A stretch of DNA of 64,000 nt, from positions 73,408,001 to 73,472,000 of the forward strand of contig NC_043000.1 of NCBI RefSeq assembly GCF_006345805.1, written 5' to 3'. The DNA is from Octopus sinensis. Lineage: Eukaryota. Of the stretch, positions 37,331-52,490 are shown in pieces; within the stretch, counting starts at the first letter, position 1, and every line of letters starts with the position of its first letter. The translations under genes and the position numbers were made by a program. The notes under the pieces were generated by a model. That model worked only from the letters and a program-made list of their open reading frames with translations. It had not been told where the DNA came from and made no database searches.

Positions 37331-37589
37331 GATATTATCTTTATAAATGAATTGAAGTTTTATTCTAACAAAAAAATTTAGGTGTTTACTTTTTTATGTA
37401 GCCTTTTTAAAATATTAAATATTTAAATTTCAATTTTAAAGTATTGGTATGCATAATTAAATGAAAAACTTTACTTTTTAATCTCAAAAACATATTTTTC
37501 CAGTTGCTTCTTTTTGCTCCAAGTGTGAACTAGTTGATAAAAAATTGCTGGGGGTCATCTGATTGAATTCAGGTCGTAAGAAGGGATCA

Positions 37590-37965
37590 AGAGTATTCTC
37601 CATGGGTTAAATCTTTTTAACCCATGGTAGTAAGAAGTTTGCTTAGGCAAGTGTCTTTTACTATAGTTTCTGGCTGACCAAAGTCTTGTGAGTGGATTGG
37701 TAGACAGAAACTGTAAGAAGCCATCTTATATATATGTGTGTGTGTCTTTGTGTCTCTATTTATTGCCTGTTACCACTTGGCAACTAGTCATGGTATGTTT
37801 ATGTTCCTGTAAGTTAGCAGTTCAGCACAAGAGATCAATAGAATAAGTACCAGGCTTAAAAAAAAATCTGGGTTGATTCATTCAACTAAAAATTCTTCAA
37901 GGCAGTATCTCAGCATAGCCACAGTCTAATGACTGAAACAAGTAAAAGATAAAAAATAAAATAAT
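37590..37965 (+). mobile_element. Degenerate SINE (29401 family)
   Basis: GGCAAGTGTCTT...ACCAAAG...GAATAAGTACCAGG...GACTGAAACAAGTAAAAG. Confidence 0.75.
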
Positions 37966-38399
37966 ATGCTCTTCAGTACTAAATAATTTTAGAAAATTAG
38001 CAATAAAACAAACTTGCAAATTAACTAAACACCCATATCTAGTCTAAATCTATCTAACCATGAAAACAGCTTTAAGTCTTTTGAATAAGCAACCCTTTGA
38101 TCTCTACTACACAGGGCAGTAGGTCACACCCTGTCTACTGGAAAGCCATAAAATATCTGCTTTACCTTGCTTTTCTCTCTCTTTACATCTCTAGTCAATA
38201 GTTTTGTCTATCTTTTTGACATTCCCTTCTTGAAGAGAGTATAGAACCATCTTACTTAGGATGACTGAAAGCAAGCAGAGAAAAAACTGTTTCTCATCGC
38301 CTTTTTCTTTGCCACTCCCTCAAAAAGAACAGGAAAGCAATTCATTTATTGCTTCTCTTTCTTTTCTCTCGGAGGAAACAGGAGCATTCTCTGTATACA

Positions 38400-40245
38400 C
38401 ACACAGTGTGGTTGACAGGGCCATTAGAGATAAGAAATAGGCCTGAAAGGACTGGAAGAGTGGTGGTAGCTGGGAACTATAACAGATAGCCAAAAGGGAG
38501 GCTAGGAGACAGGTATTTTAGCCAGGAGAGAAGCAGAAGAGAAGTTTACCAATGTTCTGCAACATGAAGACCAAAGACCTGAGGTGTTTTGGATTGCAAG
38601 ACAGTGAGTGAGAAAATCATGATGTCAAAGGAGAGAAGTGTGTCCACATGGATGATGGTTCATTTGCAGTCAGTGATTCTGCAAAGAAAGAGGCTTGGAA
38701 ATATCACTATGAAAGGCTGTTAAATGTAGAGAATGAATGAGAGGAGAGTCTGCCTAGTGTTAAATCAACTGAGTAACCTACTATCCAAATCAACAGTAGT
38801 TTGGTAGATAAAGCAATTAAGGATGTAAAGACAGGAAAAGACCCTGGCCCATTAAGAATCACTGCTGAGATGCTTAAAATATCTGACAGAGTGAGATATT
38901 GCCTAGTTACTCATATAGTTAATCAGGTTGTCCACAAGGGAATCATACCCAATGAGTTGTACAATCCATGTACAAGGATGCTGTCAGTAATGTGAAGTTG
39001 GCAATGAGTATAGCAATTAGTGTACAGGTAGGAGTCCACTAGTAATTGGTTCTCAACCCCACACTTGTTTATCATAGTCTTCCAGGCAATAACAGAGGAA
39101 TTTAAGTCAGGCTGCCCTTTGGAGCTTCTCTACGCTGATGACCTTGTTTTTATAGCTGAATCACTACCTGACCTAAAGAAGAAATTTAGAGTTAATTTAG
39201 TAAAAACCAAACTCTGTGTACATAGTAAAACAGACAAATCACAAGTCCCTTCAGGGAGATGGCTCTGCTCAATATGTAAGAAGGATGTTGATAAAAACAC
39301 CATGCGTTGTACCCAGTGCAAGCTTTGGGCATATAAGAGGTATAGCAGTATTACAGGAAGAGAAAATAGTCTTTGTATGTGGTAAATGTGTAGATACAAT
39401 AAGCACTAAAAATGCACAAACAATACACTCCCTCAAATATACAACAGTGGCGGGGTCATTAGAAGTAGGAGATAACTTCTGTTACCTAGGTAACCAAGTT
39501 AGCAGTGGAGGAGGAAGTTGTGAAAGTGTAGTTGATAAAATAAGAATGGGCTGGGCAAAGTTCAGAAAGCTTCTACCTCTGTTGGTAACTAAGGGTCACT
39601 CCCTCAGAGTGAAACACAGATTGTATGATGCCTGTGTATGTACAGCTATGCTACATGGCAGTGAAACATGGGCTGTGACTACAGAGGACTTGCAAAGCGT
39701 TGAAAGAAATGAAGCTAGCATACTCCACTGGATGGGTAATGTGAGAGTGCACACACAACAGAGTTTGAGGAAAACTGGTTATAAGAGGTATTAGATATTG
39801 TGCGCTGGTTTCATCATATGATGCATGTGGATGAGAACATCTACTTAAGGGAGTGCTGATCTCTAATTGTGGAGGGAATATGTGGAAGGGATAGACCCAT
39901 GAAGATGTGGGACAAAGTAGTGAGAAATGATCTTAAGACACTGGGCCTCACTGAGGAAGTGACAAGGGACTGGTAGTTGTGGTAGTTTTGTCCTTGGGAA
40001 GTCACATCAACCTAAGTAAAATCATGGTCATCCATACTTACAGGCATCTCCTTTGCAGGTTGCAGTACTACATAAAAAAGCACTCAGCACACTATGTAAA
40101 ATGGTTGACATTAGGAAGGGCATCCAGCTGTAGAAACCCTTCCAAAACAGTCAACTGGAGTTTGGACAGGTCCCCAGCTGGCCAATTCCTGTGAAACCGT
40201 CCAACCCATGCAAGCATGGAAAACAAACATTAAGCAATGATGACA
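38400..40245 (+). mobile_element. Degenerate RTE LINE with an internal deletion
   Basis: GKDPGPLRITAEMLKIS, ELLYADD and RLYDACV motifs; (GAT)n tail. Confidence 0.85.
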
Positions 40246-40261
40246 AGATACACACACACAT

Positions 40262-40870
40262 ACTAGAAGGTATCCAAAAGAAACTGGAGTTTTGCAATAT
40301 TATTTTATTCACTTAGTTTTACATGTTTATCCTTTTATCATCTTCAAAGTATTCTCCATATGAAGCAATGCATCGGTCCAGCATATTTTTCACTATTTGA
40401 AGCAGTACTGGAACTCTTGCAAAGTAATGCCTTTCACACCTCCATCATTTTTTCTTCACCTCTTCCGCGTCTGCAAATTCCATACCACCAGCTTTTGTTA
40501 CCAGTGATGACCTTTGAAAAATGATCTGGATCAACTTATAACTGTTCTTTCAGTTCACAACATGCATTCAGTCGTGACTGCTTTTGATCTTCCATGAGCA
40601 AGCAAGGCACAAATGTTTGTGCCATTCCTAAAGCATGGAAACCACTCATAAACTTGTGTTTTGCTCATGGCAGCATCCTTGTTAGCTGTTTGAAGCATGA
40701 CAACTGTTTCAGCCACCATTTTCCCCAGCAGTAAACAATTTCACTAAATCACACTGTTCCTTTGTTTCAGCCATTGCAAATTCAATGAACAGGGGAAGAA
40801 ACTTTGCAAAGCAGATGCACCATGTGGCAGTATGACTTGACTGAACAATCCTGATAAGTAGTCTGATGCC
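40262..40870 (-). mobile_element. Degenerate mariner remnant
   Basis: Minus-strand C-terminal W..CI...GEYFEDD-like end and an N-terminal MAETKEQC-like start. Confidence 0.55.
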
Positions 40871-40997
40871 TGAGAGTGGCTTCAAGTGGTGGAAGCCTGA
40901 ACTACAATAGGCTTGTCCCACATAGAATATTTCCCTCATTTATATATATTTTATCTTTTACTTATTTCAGCCATGCTGGGGCACTGTCTTATATATA

Positions 40998-41035
<38 letters not shown>

Positions 41036-41039
41036 TATT

Positions 41040-42195
41040 AGTAAGTAAGTAGGAAAGCAGACAAATCACAAATCCCTTCAGGTAGATGGCCCTGCTCAAT
41101 CTGTAGAAAAGGCATAGGTAGATGTACATAGTGTAAACTATGGACACACAAGAGGTCGAGCAATATCGAAAGAAGGTTAACAGGGAAAATAGGTTTTGTG
41201 TGTGGAAGGTGCACAGGTACAATAAACTCTAGAAATGTACAGAAAATAGACTCCCCCAAATACCAGTTGTGAAACACTAGAAGTAGTTGATAGCTTCTGT
41301 TACCTAGGTGACCAAGTTACTAGTGGAGGTGGATGCTCTGAGAGCATAGCTTCTAGAATAAGAATGGGCTGGGCAAGCTCCTACCTTTGTTAGTAACTAA
41401 GGGCCTCTCCCTCAGAGTGAAAGGCAGATTGTATGATGCCTGTGTGTGAACAGCCATGCTACACAGTAGTGAAACATAGGCTGTGACTACTGAGGACATG
41501 CGTAAGCTTGAAAGAAATGAAGCTAGCATGCTTTGCTGGATGTGCAATGTCAGTGTGCATGTATAACAGTGTAAGCGTCTTGAAAAGAGACATCAGATGT
41601 GGTGTACAGGAGAGAACTGCGTCAGTATGGTCATGTGATGCATATGGACGAGGGCAACTATGTAAAGAAGTGCCGATCTCTAACTTTGGAGGGAACCTGT
41701 GGAAGGAGTATACCGAGGAAGTTAAGGAACAATGTGATGAAGCATGATCTTCAAACGTTTGACCTCACAGAGGCAATGACAAATGATCGAGACCTTTGGT
41801 GATATCCAGTGCTTGAGAAGACCTGTTGAGTCAAGTGAAACTGTAATAGTGGCCATTGCCAGTGTCATGTGACTGGCACCCATGCTGGTGGCACATACAA
41901 AGCATCCTTCAAACATTGTGCCTCATGGTGGCAATAAATAACTGAGACCTTTGGTGATATGCCATACTTAAGAAGACCCATCAGGCCAAGTGAAGTTGTC
42001 ATCATAGCTGATACCAGTATCATGTAACTGACACCCATTACACTCTAGGAGTGGTTGGCATTAAGAAAGGTATCCAGCCATAGAATTTTTACCAAATCAG
42101 ATTGCAGCCTGGTGTAGCCCTACAGCTTGTCAGTTTCAGTCAAACCATCTAACCCATGTCAGCTTAGAAAGCAGACAGTTAATGATAATGATGAT
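41040..42195 (+). mobile_element. Degenerate 5'-truncated RTE LINE
   Basis: PSGRWPCSICRKG, EVVDSFCYLGDQV and RLYDACV motifs; degraded tail. Confidence 0.85.
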
Positions 42196-42224
42196 TATAT
42201 ATAATGTATACAGACTCATATATA

Positions 42225-42594
<370 letters not shown>

Positions 42595-42914
42595 CAGACT
42601 ATACACACATATATCAAAAGCTAACTCATCATTTATGCTCTGACTGAGCTGGCACATGATCAAAACCATTCCAGACATGACCATTTCATCTTCATTCAAG
42701 CATTACTATCAAGGACTACATTATGTTTCCTCTGCTGTTTCTTTTTTTAAGACATTAAACTGTGACATAGCTGCCTTTTCTAGCAGGTCAAGTAGTCACC
42801 TAGATATTTCCACAATGATTTTCCAATAACCATGTGTACTCTTGTTAGCTGATATTTCTACAAAGTTGTATTGTACATTAAAAAATTTTTTTTTTATTTC
42901 ATCCACTAATCTGA

Positions 42915-43116
42915 TCGTGGCCGTTGCCAGCTTCGCCTGGCACATAAAAAGCACCCACTACACTCATGGAGTGGTTGGCATTAGGAAGGGCATCCAGCTG
43001 TAGAAACACTGCCAGATCAGACTGGAGCCTGGTGCAGCCTTTCTGGCTTCCCAGATCCCCGGTCGAACCATCCAACCCATGCTAGCATGGAGAATGGACG
43101 TTAAATGATGATGATA
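42915..43116 (+). mobile_element. RTE 3' end
   Basis: Terminal segment and (GAT)n tail. Confidence 0.9.
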
Positions 43117-44239
43117 TATGTATAGTTGCTAGAATAAGGATAGGTTGGAGAAACTTTAGAGTTATTACCTCTATTGTTAACTAATGGTTTCTCTCTTTTG
43201 ATGAAAGGCAGATTGTATGATAGCTATGTCTGAATAGGAGTGAGATGTGGCCATGGATGCAGAAGACATTTGAACACTAGGAAACTCATACTTTTTTGAA
43301 TATGCAATATAAGTGTGCAGGAAGAATAATGCACAAATATATTAAAAGAAAAATTGCACATAAGAGGAATCAGACGTGTGTAACTGAGAAAACTACACTG
43401 GCATGTGTATGTATGAGGATAAAAAAGTGTTGCTCATTTAAGGTGGATGGAACTTGGAAACTTGTGGAAGTGGGAAACTCAGGAAGACATGGAACAAAAT
43501 GAGTTTGAATCTCTCAGAAGAGATGACAAATGGCCTGGTTGATAGGTAACATGTGGTACTCAAGAAGATCCACCCATCTCAATGAAACAGGTTCTGGAAG
43601 CATAATGACTTTCTGTTTTATATGCCTATATCACCATACATTTCTCTCTCCCCTCATGCACTGCATCTTTCTCTCCATTCAAACTCTTGCAACTTACCCA
43701 CCTACTCATCATCTCTTTCTCTCTGTCCTAGTGTTCTTCACTCTCCTGTACTGCCAATCAGCACCTATTCTAAGTATCCTAACCTTTCTCCAACTCACTA
43801 CATACATTCTTGCTACATCTATCCAGTCTGTCTTCTAGTTTTCCACTCAAAGCCCACCATCTCAACTTGTCACCATCATGTTTATCTCTCTTGCCAGCTC
43901 CATACCAATAATTACAACCCACCCTTGTTCTGGCCTCTTCCTTTATATGTTAACATTTGATCACAAACACATTCTGTCTCCTCTCAACTGTAGCCTCATT
44001 TAATCACAGAGGATCTTAATCTTAGGAGCTACATGATGACCTCACTAGTGCTTGTGCCACAAAATAAGTACCCAGTACACTTTATATAATGGTTGGCATC
44101 CAGCCATTGAAACCATGTCAAAGCAAGTAGTGACACACAGCACATGGCTCACAACATAATCCTCCAACTTGTTGGATACTGTCAAACTATCCATGACAAC
44201 ATGGAAGATGGATGTTAAAAGATGATGTGTGTATACATA

Positions 44240-47200
44240 TACATATACACACACATTCACAGCCCACATCTCCCACATCCTTAGAGTTGGCACACTCAAT
44301 GTGGGCGCATTGAAAGGTAGGTCTGGTGAGATTGTTGAGATGCTTGAACAGGGGTGTGTAGATGTGTGTTGCATCCAAGAAGTAAGGTGGGGAGGAGGTT
44401 TTGCTAGGTCTTTCACAGGCAAAGAGCATAGGTATTAATCTTCTGGGTAGGGAACAGTGTTTGGATTGGTGTGTGGATGTATTTCTTGCTGAGAAATGGG
44501 TTGATAAAGTAACTGAGATAGTCAGCGTGTGTGACAGAATACATAAGCTTAGACTAATTTTGCAAAGTGGAACAGCAACCATTATCACAACCCATGCCCT
44601 CAGCTGGGACTATGTGATGAACAGAAAGACCAATTTTATGACACCCTTTTGCTGACTACCTCATCAGCAACTACCTTCTCTTTATAGCTGATGATTTCAA
44701 TGAGCATGCTGGTCAACATCCAGGTGGCTTCCATGGGATGCATAGAAGCAATGGATTTTACTCTCATAATGAGGAGGGAACCAGGCTGCTGGAGTTCTGT
44801 GATGCAAATGACCCTATGATCAGTAATACTAACTTCAGGAAACCTGATGGACACACTAGTCAGATTGATTACATTCTCGCCAGAAAATGGGAAAGATGGC
44901 TACTTATAAATGCCAAAACTATCCCAGGTGAAAACTTCACCCTTCAACATAGGTTAGTCATTAGTAACTTCAGAATCAGAGCCAAAAGGCTGCCAAGAAG
45001 ACAACCAGTGTGGAAAAGAAAGGACTGGAAGCTTAAGCATCCTCTGAATGATCAGAAATTTAGAAATGTGTTACTTGAAGCACAGCTTTGAACTGAAACC
45101 TATAAAAGAATAGTGACATATAATGTGGAGGACATCTGGAGATTCCTATGGGACAACCTGCTGAGGGTGACTGACCAAATTTGTGGCTGGTGCAAAGTCC
45201 CTTCTCATTGTGGCATGGTGGTGGAATAATGTAGTTGACAGGGCCATTAGAGAGAAGAAACAGGACTGGAAGTGTGGTGTTAGTGAGAAACTGTATCAGA
45301 TAGCCAGAAAAGAGGCTAGGAGACATGTATATTTAGCCAGGAAAGAAGCAGAAGAGAAGTTTGCCGATGTTCTGCAACATGAGGACCAAAGACCTGAAGT
45401 GTTTAAGATTGCACTACAGTGTGTGAGAGAAAATCATGATGTCATAGGAGAGAAATGTGTCCACATGGATGATAGTTCACTTGCAAAGAAAGAGGCTTGG
45501 AAATGCCATTATGAAAGGCTGCAAAATGTGGAGAATGCATGGGATTTTTCCCATGAAAAATGAGTCTGCCAAACATAGACCCAACTGAGAGACCAGCTAT
45601 TCAAATTGACAGTTGCAATTTAGGATATAATGACAGGGAAAGGCCTTAACCCATCAGGAATCACTGCTGAGATGCTTAAGTATCTGGCCTAATCATCCAT
45701 ATAGTTAATCAAGTTGTCCACGAGGGAGTTTCATCCAACAGTTGGTGTAGCAGTATTATCAACTGCTACAAAAGCTAAGTGATGTCTTAGGCAGAAATAA
45801 TTACAGTGACATCAAATTGCTGAACCAGGTGATCAAAATCACAGAAAGGGTTATAGCTCAATTAAATAGGAAGGGAGTTAGCATAGATGAGATGCAGTTT
45901 GTATTTGTGGTAGGTTTGAGCATGATTGATGCTATATTCCTGGTTAGGCAGCTTACAGGAGAAGTATTTTGCCTAAAAGAACCTCTGTACCTGGCTGTTG
46001 TTGACATGGAAAAATCTTTTGACAGGATCCCCCGCTCCATTATCTGGTAGTCAATGCAGAAGCTAGGGATAGATGAGTAGTTAGTGAGAGCTATACAAGC
46101 CATATACAGGGATGCTGCCAGTAAGGTGAAGGTTGACAACAAGTATAGCAAGAATTCAGTGTACAGGTAGGAATTCACCAAGGCTCAGTTCTCAGTCGCC
46201 TCTAATCTTTGTCCTCCAGGCCTTAACAGAGTAATTCAAAACCGGCTGTTCTTGGGAGCTCTATGCTGATGACCTTGTTCTTATAGCTGAATCACTACCT
46301 GACCTAAAGAAGAAATTTCAGGTGTGAAATGTAAGGGCCTTAGAGTTAATTTAGTAAAAAACAAATTCCATGTACATAGTAAAACAGACAAATCACAAGT
46401 TCCTTCGGGGAGATGCTAGATATATAAGAGGGATGTTGATAGAAACTTCATACATTGTACCCAGTGCAAGCTTTGGACACATAAGAGGTGTAGCAGTATT
46501 ACAAGAAGGTTAATAGAAAAAAGTCTTTGTGTGTGGAAAATGTGTAGATACAATAAGCTCTAAAAATGTATAGACAATATACTTCCTCAGATGCTCAGGG
46601 GGAAAGTGGGGGGGGTCATTAGAAGTAGGAGATAACTTCTGTTACCTAGGTAACCAAGTTAGCAGTGGAGGAGGAAGTTGTGAAAGTGTAGTTGTTAGAA
46701 TGACTGGGCAAAGTTCAGAGAGCTTCAATCTTTGTTGGTAACTAAGGGCCTTTCTCTCAAAGTGAAAGTCAGATTGTATGATGCCTGTGTACATACAGCT
46801 ATGCTACATGGCTGTGAAACATGGGCTTTGGCCACAGGAGATTTGTGAAGGCTTGAAAGATATGAAGCTAACATGCTCCACTGGATGGGTAATATCAATG
46901 TGCATGCATAACAGAGAGTAAATGATTTAAGAGGAAAACTGTATAAGAGGCATCAGATGTATGCAAGAGAGAAGACTGCATTGATTTGATCACGTGATAC
47001 ATATGGATGAGGACTGTTGTGTAAATAAGTGCCAGGCTCTAATTGTGGAGGGAACCTGTGGAAGGGGTAGACCAAAGAAGACATGGGATGAAGTAGTGGG
47101 AAAGGATCTTTGTATGCTGGATCTCACTGAGAAAATTACAAGGGACTGGGAGATGTGGTAATTTGCTGCCCTTGAAAAGACATGTCAACCTAAGTAAAAT

Positions 47201-47432
47201 CGCTGTCTTCCATAAATACAGGCTTATCTTTTCAGGTGTCAGTGCCACATAAAAAACACCCAGCACACTCTGTTAAGTGGTTGACACTAGAAAGGACATC
47301 CAGCTATAAAAACCATGTCACAACAGACAATTGGAGTCTGAACAGCTACCCAGCTGGTCAGCTCCATGTCAAATCATCCAACCCAAGCCAGCATGGAAAA
47401 CGGATGTTAAATGATGATGATGATGATGATGA
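44240..47432 (+). mobile_element. Near-full-length degenerate RTE LINE
   Basis: From the APE start LRVGTLNVGALKGRSGEIVEML...CCIQE through the RT motifs to a (GAT)n tail; many stops and frameshifts. Confidence 0.9.
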
Positions 47433-47541
47433 CTCACACTCATTATCAATATGTCTTTTTGTATGTGGTAAATGTATCAATTATCATTCCATTGATACAC
47501 TTGCATTATCTTTTCTCCTTTTCTTTTTCTAATATTAACAG

Positions 47542-47662
47542 ACAAATTCAGCCTCTGGTCAATCTAATATAGCCTCTGGCCATCACTCAAGCAAAAATGA
47601 TGCTATTGTCACCCAAGCATGGTTTACAACAAGAGATGAGAAGAATGCTTTGCAAAACAAAG
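47542..47662 (+). CDS. DMTF1: DMTF1 exon (...KNDAIVTQAWFTTRDEKNALQNK)
   Basis: Matches vertebrate DMTF1 VSQAWFTTKEDKDSLTNKG. Long pyrimidine tract, acceptor at 47541 (alternative AG at 47551), donor G|GTATAT. Confidence 0.85.
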
Positions 47663-49109
47663 GTATATTGTAATTATTCATAATAGTAGATTTAAAATAT
47701 GTTTTTTATGTTGTAACAATAATAACAAAAAACAAAGAATATTTTATGTGTTTGTCACTTAAAAAAATATCTTTATTTTCTATCACAATTATCTATATCA
47801 TTAAATGATCCTGGCTACCTTATATTTACCATAGAAGAGGTGTTTCAGATGTCATGAAAATAGTTTTAAGCATGATACAGTTGGAGAATTATGAACTATG
47901 GAAGTAGAATATCAATAACCAGAAAGTTGTTGCCTGGTAAAAAAAACAAACTTTGATACATAGTAATATACATGTTTATATGTTTTTGGTGATCAGTACC
48001 ATTCTAACACAATACAGTTGCTTTAGACTCTGAGGTTGCAATTGGACCTCTTAAATCTGATAGTCCATCATTCAACAACTCCCACATTTTGAAACTGCTA
48101 CCATTAGTATATTGATGAGTCAACAAGACATTACAGTTAATAGTGCTAAGCTGTCAAACTTTTGTTTATTTCAGTCTATTATTAGCTCACCTGGTTATCA
48201 TTCAGAAAACTAAAAGGTGCAAATGATGGTGCATTTAATAATCATGCAAATGGTGCAAATAATAACCATAACCATAAATCATTAGTATAAAAAAAGTGAA
48301 GTTGAAGGAAAATAAAAGTCAGAAAAGTTTTGGAAAACATTGAGAGATGCTAGGAATATCAAAGTAGACAGTGTTCTAAGTCACAACTTAATGAAAGTTA
48401 AACATTTATGAAATTCCTATATAACTAGCCAAAGTTTTCCAGAGAGGATTAAAAACAGAATATAACTGAATATTTGCAAGGGTGGTTGTATGCGTTTAAG
48501 TGGAGAAATGTAATTTTGCTATGTAGTGTACATAGTAAAAACCTTAATGCTGATGTGGAAGCTATTGATGAAATACCCTGTTTTGACATTAAATACTATG
48601 GAAAACTCTTGCCCAAAAGATGATGTATGTTCCATTTTAAGGTAAGGATTCCAAAGGAGTTCTTGGCTGTTGCATTTCACAAAGTAATTGAGAATGTTAA
48701 TCCAAGGACCTTTAAATGTATGAGAGTTCTTAGCTACTATAGTATTCAAAAAGAGTGAATAACAGTTAAGGGGTTGTTTTCGGGTTTGTTTAATGGTCTG
48801 AAAATTACTTCTTGTTTAACCTTTTAGTGTTTAGATTAATCTAGCAAATGTAATGCTTAATTGTTCACATTATTTTGAATTATGCTTGTAATTTTATTAA
48901 TTTTTTACATACAGATTAAAAATTTTGTCAGTGAGAGCTTATATACCAGTGGATTATAGCTTTGTAATTTTAGCTAATCTTGCCGATTATATTTGACTTT
49001 TATGGGCAGATAAATTTAATTAACAGGTGTAAAAGCAATAACATTCTGCATAAACTAAAATTGAAATTCTTAATGCATCTTATTTGTTTGATTTGTTACT
49101 AAAATTATC

Positions 49110-49438
49110 CCAGAGCACCACCCTGACTGGCTTCTGTGCCGGTGGCATGTAAAAAGCACCGTCCGACCGTGGCCGTTGCCAGCTTTGTCTGGTCTCCGTG
49201 CCGGTGGCACATAAACAGCACCATCTGATCGTGGCCGTTTGCCAGCCTCATCTGGCACGTAAAAAGCATCCACTACACTCACAGAGTGGTTGGCGTTAGG
49301 AAGGGCATCCAGCTGTAGAAACACTGCCAGATCAGACTGGGCCTGGTGCAGCCTTCTGGCTTCCCAGACCCCAATTGAACCGTCCAACCCATGCTAGCAT
49401 GGAAAGCGGACGTTAAACGATGATGATGATGATGATGT
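49110..49438 (+). mobile_element. RTE 3' end
   Basis: Three array units, the terminal segment and a (GAT)n tail. Confidence 0.9.
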
Positions 49439-50899
49439 CAACTGCCATCAATGTTGCCACTTTTCAAGATGAGGTACATTAATTTGAATTCATCAACATA
49501 TAGGTATAATCAGTACAAGATTATTCTTTCTCTATATTTCATTCAAACATTTTCATTGAAAATAAAGTATAAAACTCTTTTTCTAGTCAATATACCATTG
49601 GTTATGTACTCTTATACAATTTAATGAATACATTTACATAACAGAATGCATCTAATAAAAAAAACTCATTAGCAAGTGAGGCAAAGGTAACATAATGAAA
49701 ATTGATATGTATTTTTCACGTTCACATATCTAGTATATATAAATTACAGTATGTGTTTGTATATTGACTAACACATAAATTTCCACAATTCTCAACTGAT
49801 TTTCACCAAACTTTCCACACACATTACTTGTGTCCCAGGGATGGTCATGTACTATAACATTTTGCCCAGAGCTCCTGTGTAAATGGACAAACTGGGAAAA
49901 ATGGTGGTTTACACAGGTTTTTCTTTAATTCATTGAATGTACATAGTTTTTTGAATGTAGGGTCTTCCATACTTTTTTAATCTATATCATTGTATATTGG
50001 CAATAGAGAATATTTTTCAGTGGTTTTTCCCATTTTTTAAAATTTATTATTTATATGTTGTAATTGTATATTATTACTTGGTTAGAGAATATTATAAAAG
50101 TGAAAGAATTTTGTTTATTTATTTATTTCAACTGTCTACCTGAGACTGTGATTAAATTGACTAGGAACACTGTACGTGATGAATATCTAATATCAAACAA
50201 CCTTAATCACCATATTTAAACTGCATTAAACTTTGGTAGGATTACCTTTACCTATTCTGAGTTACTTGAAAGGTGACGTTCCTTTCCCTCTCTTCTATTT
50301 GTTGATACCTTTGTTTACCTACCAATGTGTTGTTTCATTTTGAGGATGCTTATTTACCCATCCATTATATTTTGAATGCAACATCTTTATACTGCGAACT
50401 ACTAAAGCATTCATATCTTCATTTTTTGTTGCCTGAAGTCAATTTCAGAGTGGTCGTATACTGTAAGCACGTAGCAAGTACATTCCTTTAACTCTCTTTT
50501 TTCAATAGGTATTATATTGCCATTTTTGAATGTACCAATCATACTTCTCCAAAAAAATAGCTCCCTTTACTGTTGAATAAAATGAACTCACATAGGGGAA
50601 GTGTCAACGTCTTCCTTCAATTTCCTTACACCATTTATGTGGCTGTTTCTAACTAGAAATTTCGCTTTCATATAAAACAACTATATTTGGTAGTTACTAT
50701 CCATAATCTACTCCCAAAACACTTCAAGCAGTTCTACCTTGCATCACTTGCAAACGTAAATGTCCCATGGCTTCCACAATAACCAGCCTTCAATTAGGTT
50801 TTCTGTTCCTAGGTTAATCAGAAACATAGATTGCCATGTTATTCATAAACCTTCTCAGTAGTTCAATTATTTGGTGAAGAAAATACCACCAAAGCAAAA

Positions 50900-51880
50900 G
50901 GATGGGTGCATTTGCTAGTTATTTAATAAATTGAAAAGAATATATGATAGTATTACTATCAAACAACAAAATATAGTTATGCCATATTTCTACTGTGAAA
51001 CTGTCCAAAGCACCCTTTACACAAGGGCACTTTGCCAAACAAACGCATATATAAGGTCTTGGCCTGATATCTTTTCGCAGTTTTTTTGTCTTTTTTTTTT
51101 TGCAGTATGCAAACTTTTTCCTTCCATTTATCTTTTCGACTTTATGAAAGTTGATATTTTCTCTGTTGACATCCACCTCAGTTACTTTTGCTTTTCTCCC
51201 AATTCTGTGCTTTTTGGAAGAAAAGCCTTCACATACCTGAGATGCGATGTCACCCAAACTTTCAAATGGTTGTAGTCTTTTGGTGGCAAAGGTGCCTTGT
51301 GACTTTTTACATAAACAATATATGAATTAATTTAGTTAGACATAATGATAGAGATATATGGATCACCATACCTTATGTCAGGATTCCAGTAGTTCCACAG
51401 TTGAGGAAGCTGGTTGATACCAAACATAATGTTTATTAGTAAAAAAAAAAGCTCAAATTTCTGCAGTATCAGTTGGCTGCCATAGTGGATTGGGTCTTCC
51501 ACAAACAGAAATTATGCATTGAGCATATTTGTTTCCTCTGTGACAGTTTCAAAAAAACACTTTTCAGTAAAAATAAAAATAAAGTCCAATGGTTGGGCAT
51601 TGAGAGGTAAACTGTATTGTGGACTAGTTTTTTCTGTGAAATCAGGAATTATAGTTGGTGTAGTAATCTTCAACCATGTTGCTGTAATGTTTTCAATATC
51701 ATTTTCATCACTTTCATTTTTATCACTTTCATAATCAAAATCTTCCTCATCTAACAAAGATTGTCAATATGATTCATCCAAAGTCAATCACTGTTGTTTT
51801 CGTTTATATTTTGTACATCATCAAGAGTAAAAACTTTGAAATCATAATGGCTACTTGCTGACACCATATCACTAAAAACT
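50900..51880 (-). mobile_element. Internally deleted piggyBac transposase remnant
   Basis: Acidic N-terminus with PLDFIFIF...ETN (51512-51757) and a C-terminal Cys/His-rich-like tail (50919-51257). Confidence 0.6.
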
Positions 51881-51900
51881 AAGATGTATACATCTCTTCA

Positions 51901-52339
51901 GAATTTAGGCCAACAGAGTTAGTTTTCTCCAACTTAACCCTTTAGCATTTAGACTGGCCAAAACTGACCGAAAATTATTCCCATTCATTTGTTTGAACCA
52001 GCCACATCCAGCCATATCTGATTCCTCTATGAAATCACTAATAAAATAAACAAATCACATTATTGAATTCTTGTAGCTTTGAGATAATGGGAGATAAAGC
52101 CTTTCCTGCCTTTATTCAAGTAAAATAAAGGCAGGAAAGGCTTTATCTCCCATTATCTCAAAGCTACAAGAATTCAATAATGTGATTTGTTTATTTTATT
52201 AGTGATTTCATAGAGGAATCAGATATGGCTGGATGTGGCTGGTTCAAACAAATGAATGGGAATAATTTTCGGTCAGTTTTGGCCAGTCTAAATGCTAAAG
52301 GGTTAAGTTGGAGAAAACTAACTCTGTTGGCCTAAATTC
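51901..52339. repeat. Perfect inverted duplication (216-bp arms, 7-nt loop)
   Basis: 51901-52116 is the reverse complement of 52124-52339, with no mismatch in the segments compared. It includes a TTAA|CCCTTTAGCATT MITE end. Confidence 0.95.
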
Positions 52340-52490
52340 AAAGTGTAAGTTATATTTTATGTTAAAGAGTTGTTCTGCATACTCCAAAGTAGAACTTTTA
52401 ATAAAAGACAGTGTTTTTGGTCTATAACTCTCTACTAATTGCACCTCAGTGAGACAATCCTGTAACTAGAACATACAGTAATCCCTTGAC

